A stretch of DNA of 20,944 bases from Vicugna vicugna (lineage: Eukaryota): assembly GCA_013265495.1 (NCBI GenBank), contig MU058463.1, positions 1,054,001 to 1,074,944 on the forward strand, in the 5' to 3' direction. The notes beneath the pieces were generated by a model that was not told the origin of the DNA, ran no database searches, and saw only the letters and a program-made list of their open reading frames with translations. Position numbers and translations under genes: made by a program. Positions 1 to 10,663 of the stretch are shown here, piece after piece (the first letter of the stretch is position 1; each line of letters opens with the position of its first letter).

Positions 1-28
1 AAAAAAAAAAAAAAAAAAAAAAAAAAAA
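1..28 (+). repeat. Pure poly(A) run, probably the 3' tail of a young retrotransposon lying upstream of the window
   Basis: 28 uninterrupted A at the window start; the element body is not visible. Confidence 0.7.
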
Positions 29-57
29 GAATGTCTCCCCTGGGTTCTAGATAACTT

Positions 58-97
58 AGGAATGCAAATGAAACTTTAGTAAGGAATGCAAATGAAA
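58..97 (+). repeat. 16-bp direct repeat (period 24), each copy containing an octamer ATGCAAAT
   Basis: AGGAATGCAAATGAAA at 58-73 and 82-97. Confidence 0.85.
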
Positions 98-819
98 ACA
101 CCCAAGTATCAGTAGGTGTAAGTATTTCCAAAGCTACATTTATTTCCATGGCATCATAAACTATAACTTTCTTTTACCAGTTCTAGACAATTGAATTAGG
201 CATGGGGATAAACCTAATAAAATTATGTCTGATAATAACAGTTGATAATAGCAGTAGAATAGATTTGTTTCACAGCATTCTTTTCACTTAACAGTAAAAA
301 CGTCAGGAAAACGATAAAGTAATTTTTAGAAGTGACTTAAATTCATTTTCTTTGTATATAGTAACATTCTAAACTTCTCTACATTTTTAAAATACTCATT
401 AAAATACCATTAAATACAGGGATGTGTCATCAAGTTTTATAAACATCTTGGAACATTTTTTCTCTGTCACTGCATGTGTGTATATTCTCTTAGCTCCTGT
501 CAAAATATCTTGCGAAGAAGTAATTCTCTATAACTTTGTTGAAGACAGTATTTTACCTTTAATTCCTTAAACATTATTCTAAAATTTTTGAATTTATGAT
601 TTAATTTTGACAAATATTGGGAAGTAGTTTTTTTTAGTAGTTTTCCATGAATAAGCTATCATACCATAACTAAATGTTTTATAATGTCCTTAGGAAAAAA
701 AAAAAAACAGGTAAAGTAAATAATTAATGATTTAATGTATGTGTTTGAAATATTTTCAGTATTTTTATTATGGTAATCCATAAAAATTCATATTACATCA
801 TCTACAAAAATTCAGATTA

Positions 820-1062
820 CAAAGGGACACAGAAACTAGGACATGGCGGATATGTAAATAGGTATCAAACTATAACCATGTAATTAACGGATCTATCATG
901 TCTATAATTCCACGTATATAGAAGTATATTAAATTTAGTACTTTGTGTGTGTAGCTTGTCAATTGTACCTTAATAAAGTTATAAAAAAGTCAATGACCAG
1001 TGTACTTAAAATATGTGATTAGGACTCCATTTAAATTATAACTCAATAAAGTTAAATAAAAA
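820..1062 (+). mobile_element. Old L1M-type 3' end fragments (two successive 3' termini)
   Basis: TGTCAATTGTACCTTAATAAAGTTATAAAAAA (AATAAA 972-977) and TAAATTATAACTCAATAAAGTTAAATAAAAA (AATAAA 1045-1050) resemble the L1M terminus ...AATTATACCTCAATAAAG-A(n); boundaries approximate. Confidence 0.55.
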
Positions 1063-1499
1063 TGTTGAGAAAAATCAGATCTTTAGCTTTGGTTCCCACT
1101 TACCGTTTTCAACCCCTCATCCTTTCAGGTATATGTGATGAGAGTAATGTATAGTAAACGTGTGACTTCTAATTTGAAGACTAATACTTCCTTATGTGCA
1201 GATATTAAACATAATTATAGGTATATATTTAATTATAGAACATGCAAGTCCTCTCTGCATATAGAAAAAAGATCTGATGCTAATTACATAGTGGTTTTGT
1301 GGCGAGTCATGACTAAAGCCAACCTAAAAATGACTTGTCACAGTTACAAAACTGAGAACACATTAAATGTTTGCTCTTTCTAAATAAAATTTTAGATTTT
1401 AAATATGAGTTTAATTTTTATAAAGACCCTTTTTTAGAAAATAAGTTGTTTACACTTAATGTATCTCTTTACCAAAGACAACTACTTATTCCTTCTTAA

Positions 1500-1635
1500 A
1501 AATATACATATATATGTGTGCATATATGCATGTATATATGTGTGTATATATCTTCTCTTAAAAATGTGTGAATTTGTACACACCCATATATACAAGCATA
1601 CATCATACGCATGTACTACACACACATAGACATAC
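1500..1635. repeat. Degenerate (TA)n/(CA)n/(TG)n low-complexity tract
   Basis: ATATACATATATATGTGTGCATATATGCATGTATATATGTGTGTATATA...CACACACATAGACATAC. Confidence 0.8.
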
Positions 1636-1909
1636 AGAAAGCAAATTATTTTAACCTAGAAGTCTTGTCTTAAAGGTAGATATAATGTCTGTTTTCCTTG
1701 TCCATTTTTATATTTTTCAATTTTGAAAAAAGTACTCTGCATACAGTCCATGGAATTCCATTACCTAATACTTAATGAACATACATTTTAGTAAATCTTA
1801 TTGGAACAAGTGTACAGTACAGTGGTAAATTTTTAGTAAATCTCTGCTGCTTTAACACTAATATTAGCTGTTAGAAAAGGAAATAGTGACATAAAGGCAA
1901 AGAGGGATG

Positions 1910-2101
1910 ATTCATTTTGCACTGGTGCGTAGGCATACGTGACAGCACGTGGGCCCTGTGCATCTGGAGCAATAGAATGCTCTCCATTTCGGAAAGTGGA
2001 AATATTAAGAAAATGAGATGTATTATGCTAGGAATTGTTTGATTGCCTCTTAAGATAGTGAAAACATTTTTCCCAGTTCTTTCCCACTGGTCTTTATTCC
2101 A
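1910..2101 (+). repeat. Copy A (putative donor) of a ~190-bp local duplication
   Basis: Aligns colinearly with 3756-3943; by hand about 35 mismatches plus 4 gap bases in 192 nt; last 30 nt identical (CCCAGTTCTTTCCCACTGGTCTTTATTCCA). Confidence 0.9.
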
Positions 2102-2989
2102 CAGTCTGGGCTGCAGCATGATTAGTCACTGAATCAGATTAGAAAACGTAATGAACACTGCAGGAGCACTGCTTCAACCAAGGAGACTGATGTCATGGAA
2201 GAGCTGCTCTTAATCTTATGCACAATTTAGCACAGCAGCCAACCACTAAGTACCCTGGGGTAGGTCCTTCATGTTTCACAACTTATTTAGAATCCAAGAA
2301 ACTAGGCAGGGTAGTCAACTGCCTTAAAATATACAGGCAAATATTTACGTACACTGCTCCTTTTGTCATGGATAATAAAACACTTTCAAATATATGAAAT
2401 CAGGGGTTGGTTAAGTTCATATTTATAAGCTCTATTTTTTAACTTTTGAGAAAACATTTGAAGGATAGATTCCTTGAACCCTCTTTAAATGCTGTGCTTA
2501 ATTAGTGGGGGACAAAATTCAGATGGGAAACATAAGACCAAAGCTTTTCTATGACAGTGGTGTATGTAACTTTACCATTAAATTACCTCTAGAAATAATA
2601 TACTAGATAACAAAATAGAGAACTTAAAAAAAAACCCTAAATTTTGCTATCAGGTTTCAGAAAAAAATAGTGTTGCAAAGAAAATTTTAGCACAGTTAAA
2701 ACAATAATATTATTAAATTATTTCATACTTCTGATATCTTTTACATCTTTGCTCATCCTGCAAACTGATATAAAAATACATCACTGAAATGAATACTTCA
2801 TTTATTGGACCTTGTACTGTATTGCCTTAAGTTTTATAAACCTATGGTTGAACTCAGTGTCTTCAGTGTGACCCTCAAAAATCTCTCAGAAGTATATTAT
2901 TGATGTTCAACTTCTCTGACTCTCCAGAACTTAAAAACTTACCAGTCATGCTTGAATAATTTCCTACTCCACACTTTAGCCAAATGTTA

Positions 2990-3230
2990 AACTTATCTTC
3001 TGTTCTACACACACTTTTTTAGGTGGTCTCATCCAATCACAAAGCTTAAAAAAAATCTATGTTTGATATTTTTTGATGACCCCAAGTTATATATTACCAG
3101 CCCCAACTCCCTTTTTCCATGAATTCCATGCTAAAGTAATCTGACAACATAATAACCTCACCAAGACACCTAGTTAGTATTTCAAACTACTTATGTTCCA
3201 AACCACCTTCCCAAACCTGCTCCTCATTCC
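2990..3230 (+). mobile_element. LINE-2 (L2) fragment
   Basis: TAGGTGGTCTCATCCAATCAC...GATGACCCCAAGTTATATATTACCAGCCCC...TTCAAACTACTTATGTTCCAAACC...CCCAAACCTGCTCCTC resembles the L2 RT-region consensus; boundaries approximate. Confidence 0.75.
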
Positions 3231-3279
3231 TGGCCGCCTTGTCTTGTCATTCACAAATCTGTTGTCAGTCGCCTGATGT

Positions 3280-3758
3280 TTCCTTGACTGATGTCGATTG
3301 TCTATTTGATACCCTAAAGCTTAAAAGCTGTGATGTAAAATTCATAATTCTTAAATACTGATATAAATTTAATCTTATATGAAAGGAATAAAAGGAAGTA
3401 AACAGTGTTACACACAAATATTCATATCAAAATAAGGAGAAAGCATGACAGTTACAGTCCATGTTTCTGTTACCAGGCACGTGGTTGCAGTTGTCATTTA
3501 TAACTACCTTCTTGGATTACAACCCATTCTGTATTCACTTTGCCTTCAGCACCTTCAGCAAGTGCCTTGGCTGGCTGTCCTTCTTTACCTGGAGGGGTGA
3601 CCCAAACCTTCAGTCCTGAGGGGTCTGGACCAGTCCTAGTCCTGCCTGGATTGAGCTGTCATAGTTCTCCTTTGACCTCAATCACACAGCATGGTGATAA
3701 TTCTAAGAAACCGTGAGGAATCTCCTGTGTTCCAGACACACTCTTCCTTAGCTCCATT
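3280..3758 (-). mobile_element. ERV-L internal relic: 3' end of the pol/dUTPase region plus downstream untranslated region (decayed)
   Basis: Minus-strand translation gives NGAKEECVWNTGD...GPDPSGLKVWVTPPGKE (KVWVTPPG 3587-3610)...AEGKVNTEWVV...EGSYK*QLQPR...QKHGL*, matching the C-terminus of ERV-L dUTPase-bearing pol, with stops and frameshifts. Confidence 0.8.
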
Positions 3759-3943
3759 AATTCTGCATTGGTGCTAAGGCATAGGCATAGCATATGGACC
3801 CTATGTATCTGTGACAATAGGATACTCTGCATTTCTAAACGTTGAAATGTTAAGGAAGTGTGTTGATTTATGCTAAGAATTGTGTGATTGCCTCTTAAAG
3901 TGAAATTATTTTGCCCAGTTCTTTCCCACTGGTCTTTATTCCA
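3756..3943 (+). repeat. Copy B of the ~190-bp duplication, inserted inside the ERV-L relic
   Basis: About 80% identical to 1910-2101; ERV-L sequence resumes colinearly on both sides. Confidence 0.9.
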
Positions 3944-4040
3944 AATTCCCCTCAGTAGTCAGGATCAATTCTCCAAGCTAGCACTGTAACTCTTTTCTTT
4001 GCTGTTGATTCAGAGAGATGAGGAACCCAAAGTGGCTATG
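3941..4040 (-). mobile_element. ERV-L internal relic, dUTPase motif 3 region (continuation across the insertion)
   Basis: Minus strand reads HFGFLISLNQQ/AKKRVTVLA/..IDPDY*GE (IDPDY at 3955-3969), the dUTPase G-x-I-D-x-D-Y-x-G-E motif, with frameshifts. Confidence 0.8.
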
Positions 4041-5304
4041 AGTCTGGTGATTTTTACATGTGAGCATTACTTGTGCTTAAGCACACTGGCTTATTACAAT
4101 GTTACTGATCCTTGAAATGTCAGTTGTTACTGACAAAGTTTTTTTACTTGGTGCTTAGAGATATGCTGAGATGTTAGAGATGGACTATAGCAGTGAAGTG
4201 TGTTATAAATGTACACTTTTTCAAACCTATAATTAAAAAAAACCCACTGCAAGTGCAAATTAAAATGTGAGCTATGACAAGAGGCATTATCATTTGGTGT
4301 AAGAAAAACCAATCAACTGCATTATATTCAGAGTCCTTGGAACTTGAATTCTATCTAGGGAATTTGACCAAGCATGACTCTTCAGGGTAGTATTTTAGAT
4401 GAAATTCATGCAGTTGAGTCTCCTTTCTGTTTGTACTGTGATTTTAAGAAAGTAATATGGTAACATTGCTCATTTCAGTAGACACGATAAGCAAACTGAA
4501 AATACTAACCTCTGGCCCTTTTACCCTCTCCAATCATGCCAAGTTTGCAGTTTAACTAAAGAAATTGATGATGGAAACAATGCAGTCGTATTTTATGACT
4601 TTTAAAGTCTCCTCAATCAAATAAGAGGACCTTATGAAGACAAGAAAAAGATCTTCAACTTTAACATGGTACAGAATCCTGACTTCTGACAAATGCTAGA
4701 TCTATCAAAATTATAATCGGTTCTGGATCATTACCAATATCCAAAAAAGAAAGCTTCATAATCACCGCATTGAAAGAGCAGTTTGCTTGCTGCAGCATGC
4801 ATCAGTATTTGACAAAAAAAAAACAAAAAAAAAAACAAACCCTAAATACAGTGCATGCACAGCCTTTATAGCACCATAGGAAAGCTAATGAGATTTATAT
4901 TCAAAATTGCCACAGTTTACACACACACTCCATTCACAGATACAAATGCTGCTCCATAACATTTACTTTTTGTTCATTTTCAGTGATATTTTCTAAAGTT
5001 ATTGTTTTCAAATATTTTTTGTTCTTGTATATTTAGTAAAACTGAAAAAGATAACCTGCAACCATACGTCTTGTATTTAATTTCCATAGGTGATCTTAAG
5101 TAGAATATATAAATGTTTTATCTGTTAATATCTTCATTTAAATAATTCCTCTGTATATGCTATATTACTCCAAAATATGCAGTTAATATTTTCTCATTCA
5201 CATTCCCTTGGAGATACGTGGGAAAAAATGTTCCCAGTGGTGAAACATTGCAGTTGTCACTTTTTTTTTCTGTAACTGTGCAAAAAAGTCTCTAACAGCT
5301 CAGC

Positions 5305-5500
5305 CTGTGATTAAGAACGTGGGGTTTACTACTGGAGGTGATGAAACTGGAGTGCTGGTCTTCCGCTGACAAGCTGTGTGGCTTAGAGAAATCAATTCTG
5401 TCTAAGCATGTTTCCTCAACTGTAAAAGAGGATAGATACTAGGTTATTCTGAACATTAAATGGGATAGAGCATGTTGTTTTTAGTTTAGACCTGAACTGT
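5305..5500 (+). mobile_element. MIR SINE (degenerate core)
   Basis: AAGCTGTGTGGCTTAGAGAAATCAATT...TGTTTCCTCAACTGTAAAAGAGGATA...AGGTTATTCTGAACATTAAATGGGATA resembles the MIR core; boundaries approximate. Confidence 0.7.
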
Positions 5501-6115
5501 GTTAAGTACATAAAAGTATATGTTAACATTGTAAGTCATTTTAGGAATTTGAGTCTCCTGTGCTTTCAGATTTTCTGTAAAATAATCCCACTGTCAGAGG
5601 ATGAAAAGCTTACGGGGACTCTGACCTCCCAGTGAGAACTCAGCTAGTTTTGTGAACACCCCCAGGTGAGCAGAGAAGATCTCACTTTTTAAAATCTTTT
5701 TACAGATAACCCCATTACTTTCTAACTTCTTGCCAACTGTAATGAGGAAAGAAATTGGGAGTCCCCTGCTAGGAAGGCCTTCATATAATACAAATAAAAA
5801 GTTTGCTTTTGGCTCAAAACAAATGAGAAATACTTTGACGGAGGAACGGTGCTGGATGTCTCGCTACAGAACTTCTCCTGGCTGCTTCCCTTAATTACCT
5901 ACTGGAGTTTATTACCACCAATTTTTTTCAACAAAGTTAGTGGCATTCATTTTGAGCAAGTTTCCTCCCTCACCAAAAACTTCCTCATACCTTCCTTTTT
6001 GGTTATATAACACAATTTTGGTAAGCTTTAGAAGCAGGAATCAAGCTCAAAGTAGATTAAGCAAATATAGTAATTTTTGATCAGATTAATAAGAAGTATT
6101 TGAACATAATAAGAA

Positions 6116-8803
6116 ATGAAAAGAATCAAGAGTTCAGGCCAAACTCACAAAGAAGAAAAAAGAGCACAAATCAGCAAAATAAGAAAGGAAAATGGAGAAA
6201 TTACAACAAACAAAATAGAAATACAGAATATCATACGAGAATATTATGAAAAACTATATGGAACCAAACTGGATAACCTAGAGGAGATGGACAAGTTTCT
6301 GGAAACATACTGTCCACCAAAACTGAATCAAGAAGAAACTGAACACTTGAACAATCCGATCACTAGAAAGGAAATAGAAATAGCAATTAAAAACCTCCCT
6401 ACAAATAAAAGTCCAGGACCGGATGGCTTCACCGGGGAATTCTACCAAACATACAAAGAAGAACTCATACCAGTCCTTCTCAAACTCTTCCAGACGATTG
6501 AAAAGGAGGGAATACTCCCAAACTCATTCTATGAAGCCACCATCACCCTGATACCAAAACCAGGCAAAGACACTACAAAAAAAGAGAATTATAGGCCAAT
6601 ATCACTGATGAACATAGACGCCAAAATCCTCACCAAAATTTTAGCAAATAGAATCCAACAACACATAAAAAAGATTATACATCATGACCAAGTGGGGTTC
6701 ATCCCAGGGACACAAGGCTGGTTCAACATACGCAAATCAATCAATGTAATACATCACATCAACAAGAGAAAGGACAAAAACCACATGATTATCTCAATCG
6801 ATGCAGAAAAAGCATTTGATAAAATTCAACACCCATTTATGATAAAAACTCTCGCCAAAGTGGGTATAGAGGGAACATATCTCAACATAATAAAAGCTAT
6901 ATATGACAAACCTATAGCCAGCATAGTTCTCAACGGTGAAAAACTCAAAAGCTTCCCACTAAAATCTGGGACAAGACAAGGATGCCCACTATCACCACTC
7001 CTATTCAATATAGTCCTGGAAGTCCTAGCCACAGCAATCAGGCAAGAGAAAGAAATAAAAGGGATCCAAATTGGAAAAGAAGAGGTAAAAGTGTCATTAT
7101 ATGCTGACGACATGTTACTATATATAGAAAACCCTAAAAGGTCCACAAAAAAGCTACTAGAGCTGATCGAAGAATTCAGCAAGGTAGCAGGTTACAAAAT
7201 TAATGTTCAAAAATCAGTTGCCTTTCTTTACACTAACGATAAATCAACAGAAAAAGAAAGTAAAGAAACAATCCCCTTTAAAATAGCACCCAAAGTAATA
7301 AAATATCTGGGAATAAATCTAACCAAGGAGGTGAAAGAATTATACACAGAAAACTATAAACCATTGATGAAGGAAATTAAAGAAGACTTTAAAAAATGGA
7401 AAGATATTCCATGCTCTTGGATTGGAAGAATCAATATTGTTAAAATGGTCACACTGCCCAAGGCAATCTACAGATTTAATGCAATCCCTATCCAATTACC
7501 CAGGACATATTTCACAGAACTAGAACAAATCATAATAAAATTTATATGGAACCATCAAAGACCTAGAATTGCTAAAGCATTACTGAAGAGAAAGAAAGAG
7601 GCTGGAGGAATAACTCTCCCAGACTTCAGACAATACTATAGAGCTACAGTCATCAAGACAGCATGGTATTGGTACCAAAACAGACATATAGACCAATGGA
7701 ACAGAATAGAGAGCCCAGAAATGAACCCACAAACTTTTGGTCAACTCATCTTCGACAAAGGAGGCAAGAATATACAATGGAATAAAGACAGTCTCTTCAG
7801 CAAATGGTGTTGGGAAAACTGGACAGCAGCATGTAAAACAATGAAGCTAGAACACACCCTTACACCATATACAAAAATCAACTCAAAATGGATTAAAGAC
7901 TTAAACATAAGACAAGATACAATAAACCTCCTAGAGGAAAACATAGGCAAAACATTATCTGACATACATTTCAAAAATTTTCTCCTAGAAGAAATAAAAG
8001 CAAGAATAAACAAATGGGACCTAATGAAACTTACAAGCTTCTGCAGAGCAAAGGAAACCAGAAATAAAACAAGAAGAAAACCTACGGAATGGGAGAAAAT
8101 TTTTGCAAGTGAAACCGACAAAGGCTTGATCTCCAAAATATATAAGCAGCTCATACGACTCAATAAGAAAAAAATAAACAACCCAATCCAAAAATGGGCA
8201 GAAGACCTAAACAAGCAATTCTCCAAGGAAGACATACAAATGATCAAAAAGCACATGAAAAAATGTTCAATATCACTAATTATCAGAGAAATGCAAATCA
8301 AAACTACAATGAGGTATCACCTCACACCAGTCAGAATGGCCGTCATTCAAAAATCCAAAAATGACAAATGCTGGAGAGGCTGTGGAGAAAGGGGAACCCT
8401 CCTACACTGCTGGTGGGAATGCAGTTTGGTGCAGCCACTATGGAAAACAGTGTGGAGATTCCTCAAAAGACTAGGAATAGACTTACCATATGACCCAGGA
8501 ATCCCACTCCTGGGCTTGTACCCAGAAGGAAATCTACTTCAGGATGACACCTGCACCCCAATGTTCATAGCAGCACTATTTACAATAGCCAAAACATGGA
8601 AACAACCTAAATGTCCATCAACAGGTGACTGGATAAAGAAGATGTGGTATATTTATACAATGGAATACTACTCAGCCATAAAAACCGACAACATAATGCC
8701 ATTTGCAGCAACATGGATGCTCCTAGAGAATGTCATTCTAAGTGAAGTAAGCCAGAAAGAGAAAGAAAAATACCATATGAGATCGCTCATATGTGGAATC
8801 TAA
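6116..8803 (+). CDS. L1 ORF2p reading frame lacking the endonuclease domain (PIP box, Z region, reverse transcriptase, C-terminal CCHC); first ~15 codons are flank-derived or out-of-frame; expression unknown
   Basis: 895-aa ORF; PIP-like QNIIREYY (6224-6247); [43 protein letters not shown] (7100-7111), [23 protein letters not shown] (8369-8422). Confidence 0.9.
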   Translation: MKRIKSSGQTHKEEKRAQISKIRKENGEITTNKIEIQNIIREYYEKLYGTKLDNLEEMDKFLETYCPPKLNQEETEHLNNPITRKEIEIAIKNLPTNKSPGPDGFTGEFYQTYKEELIPVLLKLFQTIEKEGILPNSFYEATITLIPKPGKDTTKKENYRPISLMNIDAKILTKILANRIQQHIKKIIHHDQVGFIPGTQGWFNIRKSINVIHHINKRKDKNHMIISIDAEKAFDKIQHPFMIKTLAKVGIEGTYLNIIKAIYDKPIASIVLNGEKLKSFPLKSGTRQGCPLSPLLFNIVLEVLATAIRQEKEIKGIQIGKEEVKVSLYADDMLLYIENPKRSTKKLLELIEEFSKVAGYKINVQKSVAFLYTNDKSTEKESKETIPFKIAPKVIKYLGINLTKEVKELYTENYKPLMKEIKEDFKKWKDIPCSWIGRINIVKMVTLPKAIYRFNAIPIQLPRTYFTELEQIIIKFIWNHQRPRIAKALLKRKKEAGGITLPDFRQYYRATVIKTAWYWYQNRHIDQWNRIESPEMNPQTFGQLIFDKGGKNIQWNKDSLFSKWCWENWTAACKTMKLEHTLTPYTKINSKWIKDLNIRQDTINLLEENIGKTLSDIHFKNFLLEEIKARINKWDLMKLTSFCRAKETRNKTRRKPTEWEKIFASETDKGLISKIYKQLIRLNKKKINNPIQKWAEDLNKQFSKEDIQMIKKHMKKCSISLIIREMQIKTTMRYHLTPVRMAVIQKSKNDKCWRGCGERGTLLHCWWECSLVQPLWKTVWRFLKRLGIDLPYDPGIPLLGLYPEGNLLQDDTCTPMFIAALFTIAKTWKQPKCPSTGDWIKKMWYIYTMEYYSAIKTDNIMPFAATWMLLENVILSEVSQKEKEKYHMRSLICGI

Positions 8804-9135
8804 AAAACAAAAACAAACAAACAAACAAAAACAAAGCATAAATACAGGACAGAAATAGACTCATGGACAGAGAATACAGACTTGTGGTTACCGGGGGGGT
8901 AGAGGGTGGGAAGGGATAGACTGGGATTTCAAAATTGTAGAATAGATAAACAAGATTACACTGTATAGCACAGGGAAATATACACAAAATGTTATGATAA
9001 ATCACAGAGAAAAAAATGTGACAATGAGTGTGTATATGTCCATGAATGACTGAAAAATTGTGCTGAACACTGGAATTTGACACAACATTGTAAAATGATT
9101 ATAAATCAATAAAAAATGTTGAAAGAAAAAAAAAA
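6137..9135 (+). mobile_element. Young 5'-truncated LINE-1 (about 3.0 kb: ORF2 from the Z region onward, 3'UTR and A-tail)
   Basis: L1 homology starts at GGCCAAACTCACAAAG (6137); stop-free ORF2 to 8803; G-rich 3'UTR, AATAAA 9108-9113, A-tail 9122-9135; AGTTCA flanks both ends (6131-6136, 9135-9140). Confidence 0.97.
8804..9135 (+). other. L1 3'UTR with (CAAA)n tract, G-rich (G-quadruplex-capable) tract, poly(A) signal and tail
   Basis: (CAAA)n about 8804-8835; GGGGGGGTAGAGGGTGGGAAGGG 8893-8915; AATAAA 9108-9113. Confidence 0.9.
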
Positions 9136-9173
9136 GTTCAATGACACCAGTATCCTTATTTTAGAATCTTAAA

Positions 9174-9230
9174 CTTTCTTCCTTCTTTCCCACTTTCCTT
9201 CTTATTCTTCCTCCTTCCCTTCCTCCCCTT
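9174..9230. repeat. CT-rich low-complexity tract
   Basis: CTTTCTTCCTTCTTTCCCACTTTCCTTCTTATTCTTCCTCCTTCCCTTCCTCCCCTT. Confidence 0.75.
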
Positions 9231-9314
9231 AGCCCTTCTTAGTTCATATGTTCGAGCCACAGTTTCAAGAACAAAGTTCAATATAAATAATGTTTTATAC
9301 TTCATAACAAGGTA

Positions 9315-9430
9315 AGGTAAGGTAAGGAATATCACTATCCCCATTTTTCAGACAAAGAAATTGAGGCAAAGAGAGGTTATACAGTTTGCCACAGGTCACA
9401 CAGTTGGTGTGTGGATTTAAAAGCACATCT
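9315..9430 (-). mobile_element. MIR SINE fragment
   Basis: TATCCCCATTTTTCAGACAAAGAAATTGAGGCAAAGAGAGGTTATACAGTTTGCCACAGGTCACACAG is the reverse-complement MIR core. Confidence 0.8.
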
Positions 9431-10274
9431 AACCCAAAGTGTTATGCTTGTGAAATAATATCTCAAAGCATATTTCTTGCACAAGGTAAAATAGGAAACT
9501 TGGGAGTGTCCAATTGTTATTCTGAAATAATGATCATTGTTTATTGGCCTAAACAATATTTTTACTTTTTTGTACACACATCCAGGTATTTAGCAGGCAT
9601 TTTAAGGAGATGCATTTGGGTAAATTCTATAGTAATGAGATAACCTGAGATGCAGCTGAGGATTACATTTTAGTTTCCTTAGACAAATCACATCTCTGCT
9701 ATCACATATCATCTGGGGACAGTCTTGTCATTCTTTACCCATGTATTTTATTTCTGTTTGAGCCCATATTTATCCAAACGTGGTACTCAACACTTTGACT
9801 TGGTTCAACAGGAATTATTCATGGACAACTGGAAATCACAGGGAAATCCATAAAGGGTCACCCTTTGCCATCTAACAAATCACTGTTAATCTCTCACCAA
9901 CTTCTTTCTGCATTCTCATTTGCATCTGCCCTCTCTTCTATTTACAATTTATCTTTTCTCTATTATGCCCAGTACTTTTCCACTTCCTCTTAGGCTTCAG
10001 GGTCCAACTGTCTCTGCTCTTGCTGTCAGAACTTTCATAGCACATGTATTTGGATTTTTTTAATAAAAAAAATCAAGATGAACCATTTAGCCACATGCAC
10101 AGAGAATAAAATGTCTTCAAATCTCATTATAAGTGAATATATAGATGAAGAAGTGAATAGCTTGCATGTTTGTGTATATATGCATTTGTGCACATTGTGT
10201 GAGAAAGCAGGATGCAAATACACAGGACAGTGTTACAACTTTAATAAGTATAGAGATGATGGCGACCAATTATT

Positions 10275-10470
10275 TTAGACAATATTCTCTAGAAAATATA
10301 GTCTGAAGCAAGGATTAAAAGTGCTGATACTTTATCAAGACTATGAAAACCCGAAGAAGCAAGGGTAACAAAATAAGGAAGTGTGCAGCAAGGAAAGTTG
10401 TGAAGCACCACTGAGCTCTACACTACATGCAGTGATCTACAAGTGACAGTCACAGAACTTCTCAGGGCTA
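10275..10470 (-). mobile_element. Possible old ERV-L-class LTR fragment (LTR16/LTR33-like)
   Basis: AGTCTGAAGCAAGGATTAAAAGTGCTGATACTTTAT loosely resembles the reverse-complemented poly(A)-signal region of ERV-L LTRs; weak, from recall. Confidence 0.3.
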
Positions 10471-10571
10471 GCTGACACAGCAATTATGCAGAAAACAAAC
10501 AGAAAATTGACTCACACAGCTATGTCTTAAGTTTTAGTATAAGCAGTTAACCTCGTTTAGTTTTCTCTTTT

Positions 10572-10663
10572 GAGAGAGAGAGGGAGAGAAAAAGACGAAG
10601 TGGGGAGAGGGAGAAAAAGAGGGATGAAGAGAGGGAAGGAAGGAGGCAGAGAGACAGAGACAG
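10572..10663. repeat. GA-rich polypurine tract
   Basis: GAGAGAGAGAGGGAGAGAAAAAG...GAGGGAAGGAAGGAGGCAGAGAGACAGAGACAG. Confidence 0.8.

Noticed and set aside
5798..6010. About 70-codon stop-free frame upstream of the L1
   Set aside because: No ATG in frame, no convincing splice sites and no recognisable homology.
6116..8803. Prokaryotic RT system (retron, DGR, group II intron) or CRISPR-linked RT, with the 1910/3756 pair as template and variable repeats
   Set aside because: The RT is plainly mammalian L1 ORF2, there is no repeat-spacer array, and differences between the two copies are not adenine-specific.
6826..9083. Minus-strand ORFs of 65-186 aa (6826-7182, 7580-7777, 7741-8301, 8787-9083)
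   Set aside because: Antisense shadows of the A-rich L1 ORF2 and 3'UTR; a common artefact with no independent support.
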